Assembly: GCA_042408785.1 (NCBI GenBank)
Contig: JBHOQU010000124.1
Span: 70,482 to 134,481 of the forward strand
Origin: Dehalococcoidia bacterium
GTDB lineage: Bacteria > Chloroflexota > Dehalococcoidia > JAUQQI01
Direction: 5' to 3'
Length of the DNA stretch: 64,000 nt
Shown: piece after piece, positions 58,767 to 64,000 of the stretch
How the letters are laid out: the number at the start of each line of letters is the position of its first letter
How positions within the stretch are numbered: position 1 is the first letter of the stretch
The notes under the pieces: generated by a model
The model's input: only the letters and a program-made list of their open reading frames with translations
What the model was told of the DNA's origin: nothing
The model's database searches: none
Position numbers and translations under genes: made by a program

Positions 58767-61094
58767 GTGGCTCAGGCCGTTGCCCCCGGCAAATTGATGG
58801 GCGCGCCCCTAAAGCGCAAGGAAGACCCGCGGTTCATCACCGGGCGGGGAAACTACGTGGATAACATTAAGCTGCCGGGCATGGTTTACCTGGCCATCCT
58901 GAGAAGCCCCCATGCGCATGCCCGGATAAAAAAAATCGACGTCAGCCGGGCTAAGGCCCACCCCGGCGTCCTGGCCGTGTACACGGCCGAGGACCTTAAA
59001 AGGGCCGGGGTTAAGCCGATGCCCGTGGCCGCCCGCCTACCGGGCAGCAAGGTTCCCGATCGCTACCCCCTGGCCGTGGACAAGGTCCGCTTTGTGGGCG
59101 AGGGGGTGGCGGCGGTGGTGGCCGCCGACCGCTACACCGCCCGGGATGCCCTGGACCTGATCGCGGTCGAGTATGAGCCCCTGCCGGCGGTGGTCGACCC
59201 GGAGGCGGCCGTGGGTCCCGACGCGCCCCGGCTCTTCGACGACATCCCCGACAACATCTCCTTCCGGCGGCAGGTCTCGGCCGGGGACGTGGAGCGGGCC
59301 TTTGGCGAGGCCGATGGGGTTGTCCGGGAGCGGCTGATCAACCACCGGCTGGTGCCCAACGCCATGGAGCCCCGGGCGGCGGTGGCCTGGTACCAGCCCG
59401 GCACGGGGGAGCTTATCCTTTACACCACCAACCAGAACCCCCATACCATCCGGAGCTGGCTCATTTCGGTCATCGACCTGCCCGAGCACAAGGTTCGGGT
59501 CATCGCCCCGGATGTGGGCGGGGGGTTCGGCAGCAAGATCTTCCTGTACCCGGACGAGGTGGTGGCCGCCTTTGCCTCCATGCAGCTGGGCCGGCCGGTC
59601 AAGTGGACCGAGGACCGGAGCGAAAACTTCCGGGCCACCATCCACGGCCGGGACCACATCACCGACTTCGAGGTAGCCTACAAGCGGGACGGAACCCTGC
59701 TCGGCCTCAGGGTGAAGACCTACTCGAACCTGGGGGCCTATCTCTCCCAGTACGGGCAGGCCATCGCCGGGGTCCTCTACACCGCCATGCTCCACGGGGT
59801 CTACCGGCTTCCCAACGTCTCGGCCGAGGTGATCGGGGTGCTCACCAACACCACCCCCACCGACGCCTACCGGGGTGCCGGCCGGCCGGAGGCGGCCTAC
59901 CTGGTCGAGCGGGCCGTGGACCGGGTTGCCCGGGAGCTGAACATGGACCCGGCCGAGGTCCGGCGGCGCAACTTCATCCCGCCCTTCAACAACTTCTACC
60001 GGACACCTCTGGGGACGGTTTATGACAGCGGCGACTACGAGAAAACCCTGAACCGGGCGCTGGAGGTCGCCGGCTATGAGCAGCTGCGGGCGGAACAGCG
60101 GCGCCTCCGGGAGCAGGGCCGCTACATCGGCGTCGGCCTTTCCACCTACGTGGAGATCACCGGGCTTTCGCCCACCATCGACGGAACCCACATCCGGGTC
60201 CACCCCACCGGCAAGGTGGAGGTCTTCACCGGAACCCACGCCCACGGCCAGGGCCACGAAACCACCTTCGCCCAGCTGGTGGCCGACCAGTTCGGGATCT
60301 CCCCCGACGACGTGGAGGTCCACCACGGGGATACCGGCAGCATCCCCTACGGCGGGGGCACCTCCGGCAGCCGGTCGGCCCCGGTGGGGGCTTCGGCCAC
60401 CTACCAGGCGGCCCTTAAAGTCATCGAGAAGGCCAGGCGCATCGCCGCCCACCTGCTAGAGGCGGCCGAGGCCGACGTGGAGTTCCAAGAAGGGAGGTTC
60501 TTCGTCCGGGGCGCCCCGGAAAGGGCCGTTACCTTCCAGCAGGTGGCGGCCGCGGCCTACAACCCGGGCCGACTTCCGCCGGACCTGGAGCCGGGCCTTG
60601 AGGCCACCGCCTTCTACAGCCTGCCGTCCAACGCCTGCCCCTTCGGGGCCCACGTAGCGGTGGTGGAGGTGGACCCGGAGACCGGGCAGGTAAAGCTTCT
60701 CCGCTACGTGGCCGTCGACGACTGCGGCCGGGTGATGAACCCGCTGGTGGTGGAGGGTCAGGTCCACGGCGGGGTGGTCCAGGGGATCGGGCAGGCCCTT
60801 TGGGAATATGCGGCCTACGATGAACAGGGCAACCTGCTCACCGGTTCCCTACTGGACTACGCCCTGCCGGTGGCCAGCTACCTGCCGTCCTTCGAGACGG
60901 CCAACACCGAGACCCCCTCGCCGGTCACCCCCCTCGGGGTGAAAGGGGTGGGGGAGGCCGGGACCATCGGCGCAACCCAGGCCGTCGTCAACGCCGTGGT
61001 GGACGCCCTCGAGCCCTTCGGGGTCAAGTATCTTAACATGCCCCTGACCCCGGAGCGGGTCTGGCGGGCCATCCGGGCGGCCCGGGCGGGCTGA
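58767..61094 (+). CDS. coxL: Second molybdopterin-binding large subunit paralog, canonical form II motif AYRGAGR
   Basis: 775 aa. The loop reads PTDAYRGAGRPEA. N-terminal 60 aa are nearly identical in pattern to the first L subunit. Confidence 0.85.
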   Translation: MAQAVAPGKLMGAPLKRKEDPRFITGRGNYVDNIKLPGMVYLAILRSPHAHARIKKIDVSRAKAHPGVLAVYTAEDLKRAGVKPMPVAARLPGSKVPDRYPLAVDKVRFVGEGVAAVVAADRYTARDALDLIAVEYEPLPAVVDPEAAVGPDAPRLFDDIPDNISFRRQVSAGDVERAFGEADGVVRERLINHRLVPNAMEPRAAVAWYQPGTGELILYTTNQNPHTIRSWLISVIDLPEHKVRVIAPDVGGGFGSKIFLYPDEVVAAFASMQLGRPVKWTEDRSENFRATIHGRDHITDFEVAYKRDGTLLGLRVKTYSNLGAYLSQYGQAIAGVLYTAMLHGVYRLPNVSAEVIGVLTNTTPTDAYRGAGRPEAAYLVERAVDRVARELNMDPAEVRRRNFIPPFNNFYRTPLGTVYDSGDYEKTLNRALEVAGYEQLRAEQRRLREQGRYIGVGLSTYVEITGLSPTIDGTHIRVHPTGKVEVFTGTHAHGQGHETTFAQLVADQFGISPDDVEVHHGDTGSIPYGGGTSGSRSAPVGASATYQAALKVIEKARRIAAHLLEAAEADVEFQEGRFFVRGAPERAVTFQQVAAAAYNPGRLPPDLEPGLEATAFYSLPSNACPFGAHVAVVEVDPETGQVKLLRYVAVDDCGRVMNPLVVEGQVHGGVVQGIGQALWEYAAYDEQGNLLTGSLLDYALPVASYLPSFETANTETPSPVTPLGVKGVGEAGTIGATQAVVNAVVDALEPFGVKYLNMPLTPERVWRAIRAARAG

Positions 61095-61107
61095 GACAAG
61101 GCCGACC

Positions 61108-61150
61108 CCAAAGAGTCGGGCCGGGGGCTTCCCCCGGCCCGACTCTTTGG
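61108..61150 (+). terminator. Perfect 20 bp stem / 3 nt loop hairpin after the cox-like operon (terminator-like, no U-tract)
   Basis: CCAAAGAGTCGGGCCGGGGG-ctt-CCCCCGGCCCGACTCTTTGG. Confidence 0.55.
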
Positions 61151-61181
61151 CCGAACGTGTAAAATTTATGGATTATCGTTG

Positions 61182-61829
61182 ATGTTCAGATTGGGCAAGT
61201 TCCGGCTGAATCTGCTTCCCCCCGCCGGGGACGAATTCTACCGCCTGTTTGAGGCCGGGACCGACCTGATGGTTCAGGCGGCCGAGCTCACCTGGAAGCT
61301 TTTCGAGGTTTGCGACCGGGTTTCCGAAAGGGCGGCGGAGATCCGGGCTCTTGAGGAGCAGGCCGACGGGGTGACCCACATGGTCATGCGCCAGCTTCAC
61401 CGGAGTTTCCTTACCCCCTTCGACCGGGGCGATGTGGCCAGCCTGGCCCACACCGTGGACGAGGTGGTAGATTACCTGGAAGATGCGGCCGCCCATGCCG
61501 CCCTTTACCAGATCCGCCGGCGGGACGCGGCGGCCGTGCGGCTGGCTGAGCTGGTAAGCCTCCAGGCGGCGGAAATCCGGGCGGCCGTGCGGCTTCTGCG
61601 GGACCCCCGGGCCGGCCGCCAGATTCTGGAGCGGACGGTGGAGATCAACCGCCTGGAAAATGAGGCCGACGCCGTCTTCCGGCAGGCCGTGGCCGACCTT
61701 ATGGCCGGAAAATACGACCTGCTGGAGGTGCTGCGCTGGCGGGATATCTACCAGGGCCTCGAGTCGGCCACCGACCGGGCCGAAGACGTTGCCAACATCC
61801 TGGAGGGGATCGTCCTGGAACGGGCCTGA
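61182..61829 (+). CDS. DUF47 (PhoU-like, YkaA/PitR-type) phosphate transport regulator-like protein
   Basis: About 215 aa helical protein with the DUF47 pattern. Lies immediately upstream of pitA. Confidence 0.85.
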   Translation: MFRLGKFRLNLLPPAGDEFYRLFEAGTDLMVQAAELTWKLFEVCDRVSERAAEIRALEEQADGVTHMVMRQLHRSFLTPFDRGDVASLAHTVDEVVDYLEDAAAHAALYQIRRRDAAAVRLAELVSLQAAEIRAAVRLLRDPRAGRQILERTVEINRLENEADAVFRQAVADLMAGKYDLLEVLRWRDIYQGLESATDRAEDVANILEGIVLERA

Positions 61830-61830
61830 A

Positions 61831-62829
61831 GTGGACAAGACGCTGGTAGCCGTCGGCCTCGTGGTCATCCTCGGCCTGGCCTTCGAGTTCGTGAACGGGT
61901 TTCACGACGCCGCCAACGCCATCGCCACCGTGGTGGCCACCCGGGTGCTTACCCCGGCCCGGGCCGTGCTTATGGCCGGGGCTTTAAACTTCCTGGGGGC
62001 GGTCTCGGGCACGGCCGTGGCCACCACCCTGGGCCGGGACCTGGTGGACCCGGGGGCGGTGGACCACTGGACGGTGGCGGTCGGCCTTTCGGCCGCCATC
62101 ATCTGGGACCTGATCACCTGGTACGCTGGGCTGCCCACCAGCAGCAGCCACGCCCTCATCTTCGGGGTGGTGGGCTCGGCGGTGGCCACCGCCGGCCCGG
62201 GAGTGGTCAAGACCGGCGGCCTGTTTAAGGTCGGGGCCGGCCTGGTCTACTCGCCGGTTCTGGGGTTCCTGGCGGCCGCCGCCCTGATGGCGGCCATCTT
62301 CTGGGTCTTTCGACATTCGACCTGGTGGCTGGTCACCCGTCTGTTCGGACGGCTTCAGCTCCTTTCGGCCGCCTGGATGGCCTTCTCCCACGGCAGCAAC
62401 GACGGCCAGAAGACGATGGGGGTCATCGCGCTGGCCCTCTTCAGCGGCGGCCTGCTCGGACCCGAGTTTTACGTTCCCCTGTGGGTCATGGCGGCGGCCG
62501 CCCTGGCCATCGCCCTGGGTACCACCGCCGGGGGCTGGCGGATCATCAAGACCCTGGGCTACCGGGTCGCCCACCTGCAGCCGGTCCACGGATTTGCGGC
62601 CGAGACGGCCGCCGGCACCGTCATCGAGGTGGCCAGCCGGGTGGGAATGCCCATCAGCACGACCCACGCCATCAGCGCCGCTATAATGGGAGTGGGACTG
62701 GCCCGGGGGGCCAGGCAGGTCCGGTGGCTGGTGGCCGGGCGGATCGCGGCCGCCTGGGTGCTCACCATCCCCGGGTGCTTCGCCCTGGGCTGGGTCCTGC
62801 GCACCATCCTGAACCTGCTGGGGGCCTGA
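61831..62829 (+). CDS. pitA: Inorganic phosphate transporter, PiT family
   Basis: GTG start 2 nt after the DUF47 stop. GFHDAANAIAT and GSNDGQKTMG PiT signature repeats. Confidence 0.85.
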   Translation: MDKTLVAVGLVVILGLAFEFVNGFHDAANAIATVVATRVLTPARAVLMAGALNFLGAVSGTAVATTLGRDLVDPGAVDHWTVAVGLSAAIIWDLITWYAGLPTSSSHALIFGVVGSAVATAGPGVVKTGGLFKVGAGLVYSPVLGFLAAAALMAAIFWVFRHSTWWLVTRLFGRLQLLSAAWMAFSHGSNDGQKTMGVIALALFSGGLLGPEFYVPLWVMAAAALAIALGTTAGGWRIIKTLGYRVAHLQPVHGFAAETAAGTVIEVASRVGMPISTTHAISAAIMGVGLARGARQVRWLVAGRIAAAWVLTIPGCFALGWVLRTILNLLGA

Positions 62830-62832
62830 AGG

Positions 62833-63864
62833 TTGGCGGATAACCGCCCCATCGTCGGCGTCACCATGGGCGACCCGGCCGGGGTCGGCCCCGAGGTCGT
62901 GGCCAAGGCCCTGGCCCGGCCCGAGCTTTACCGGGATGTGCGGCCGGTAGTCCTGGGGGATGCGGCCCTCCTGGCCCGGGCGGCCGCCGTCTGCGGCCTA
63001 AAACTTGACATAAATTTAATTGATTCGCCGGGGGCGGGGCGGTTTACGGCCGGGGTTGTCGACCTGATTCCGGTAACGGCTCTCGAACCCGACCGGGTCC
63101 GGTTCGGTCAGGTTCAGCCGCTGGCCGGGTGGGCCTGCTTTGAGTACATAAAGAAGTCGGTGGAGCTTGCGCTGGCCGGCCAGGTGGATGCGGTGGCCAC
63201 CGCCCCCATCAACAAGGCCGCCCTTCAGGCCGCCGGCATACCCTACTTGGACCACACCCAGGCCTATGCCGCCCTGACCGGCTCGGCCGGGGTGCTCACC
63301 ATGTTTGTGGTGGGCGAGCGGCTCAAAATCTTCTTCGCCACCAGGCATGTCGCCCTCCGGCAGGCCATCGCCGAGCTCACCGTCGACCGGGTTTATCAGG
63401 TGCTGGTTGCGGCCGACCGGGCCCTGCGGCGGTTCGGATTTTCCGAGCCCCTTTTCGGGGTGGCGGCCCTCAACCCCCACGCCGGGGAGGGGGGCCTTTT
63501 CGGGGATGAGGAGCTCACCGTGCTGGCCCCGGCCATCGCCCGGGCCCGGGAGGCCGGGGTCCGGGCTGAGGGACCGGTCCCGGCCGACTCGGTCTTTCAC
63601 TTCTGTCTTCAGGGCCGGTTTGACGCCGTGATCTCCCTCTACCACGACCAGGGCCACATCGCCGCCAAAACCTACGATTTCGACCGGACCGTTTCCCTCA
63701 CCACCGGCCTGCCCTTCGTGCGGACCTCCGTCGACCACGGCACCGCCTACGACATCGCCGGCCGGGGAATCGCCCGGGCCGAGAGCATGGCCGAGGCGAT
63801 CCGGGTGGCGGGGGAGTATGCCCGCCGGCTTCGGGCCGGCCGTCCGGCGGCCCAGGGAGGTTAA
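62833..63864 (+). CDS. pdxA: PdxA-family 4-hydroxythreonine-4-phosphate dehydrogenase-like NAD-dependent dehydrogenase
   Basis: PIVGVTMGDPAGVGPEV start with PdxA fold motifs throughout. Could also be a PdxA2-type acid-sugar phosphate dehydrogenase. Confidence 0.8.
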   Translation: MADNRPIVGVTMGDPAGVGPEVVAKALARPELYRDVRPVVLGDAALLARAAAVCGLKLDINLIDSPGAGRFTAGVVDLIPVTALEPDRVRFGQVQPLAGWACFEYIKKSVELALAGQVDAVATAPINKAALQAAGIPYLDHTQAYAALTGSAGVLTMFVVGERLKIFFATRHVALRQAIAELTVDRVYQVLVAADRALRRFGFSEPLFGVAALNPHAGEGGLFGDEELTVLAPAIARAREAGVRAEGPVPADSVFHFCLQGRFDAVISLYHDQGHIAAKTYDFDRTVSLTTGLPFVRTSVDHGTAYDIAGRGIARAESMAEAIRVAGEYARRLRAGRPAAQGG

Positions 63865-63866
63865 GG

Positions 63867-63998
63867 TGGCGGGCGGGGCCGGCCTCGGCCTTCTCCGGGA
63901 GCAGTATGACAACCTTTCGGCGTGCATCCGGTGCGGCCTCTGCCTTTCGGTCTGCCCCACCTACCAGGTTTCTTTCAAAGAGGAGGAGGGGCCCCGGG
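63867..63998 (+). CDS. Partial Fe-S cluster-binding protein (GlcF/heterodisulfide-reductase-like 4Fe-4S domain), 5' fragment
   Basis: CIRCGLCLSVCP ferredoxin-type motif. The gene runs off the window end. Confidence 0.5.
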
Positions 63999-64000
63999 GC

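Overview
This 64 kb window is about 70% GC and densely coding. It looks like a chromosomal, mostly housekeeping segment from a thermophile-like bacterium; lineage is inference only (for example Symbiobacterium-, Thermaerobacter- or Limnochordia-like Firmicutes, or Chloroflexi), judged from the high GC, archaeal-type iPGM, DapL-type lysine pathway, membrane pyrophosphatases and cox-type Mo hydroxylase genes.

Gene order from left to right:
- Start to ~5.7 kb: Qng1/DUF2419 queuosine-salvage hydrolase; class B PBP; RNase HII; YraN; two tandem FmdB zinc-ribbon genes; thiE; a translin-like gene.
- 5.7-9.9 kb: two tandem membrane H+/Na+-pyrophosphatases, one with the K+-dependent signature and one K+-independent.
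- 10-14.5 kb: two tandem secreted clan GH-A glycoside hydrolases.
- 14.5-17.8 kb (minus strand): two trypsin/HtrA-like proteases and an atypical orphan NarL/LuxR response regulator, divergent from a UbiA prenyltransferase.
- 17.8-24.6 kb: hflX, dapL-dapF, miaA, an SDR epimerase, an orphan ABC substrate-binding protein.
- 24.6-27.8 kb: glycolytic block pgk-apgM-tpiA.
- 27.9-33 kb: hisS plus a dual-specificity phosphatase; hsp20-rhomboid-SDH(ClpP-class) protease cluster; a nitrilase.
- 33-40.6 kb: sucA-sucB, a SAM methyltransferase, mutL, an aminotransferase.
- 40.8-46.2 kb: tRNA-Ala(GGC) with a consensus promoter and terminator; padR-MFS efflux pair with a palindromic operator; chrA; rpoD carrying a ~60 aa insertion.
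- 46.2-47.6 kb: a multiply frameshifted Rieske-domain gene.
- 47.7-54.3 kb: rpiB, argS, a GH5 lipoprotein, recG, a JAMM/MPN+ metalloprotease coupled to a small unknown ORF.
- 54.5-61.1 kb: a coxG-coxS-coxL-coxM-coxL form-II Mo-hydroxylase operon with two large-subunit paralogs.
- 61.2-64 kb: DUF47-PitA phosphate module, pdxA-family dehydrogenase, a partial Fe-S protein.

No CRISPR arrays, integrases, transposases or phage genes were found. Most long ORFs on the opposite strand of these genes are G/P/R/A-rich high-GC antisense artefacts. Coordinates of start codons and small regulatory elements were read by eye and may be off by a few nucleotides.
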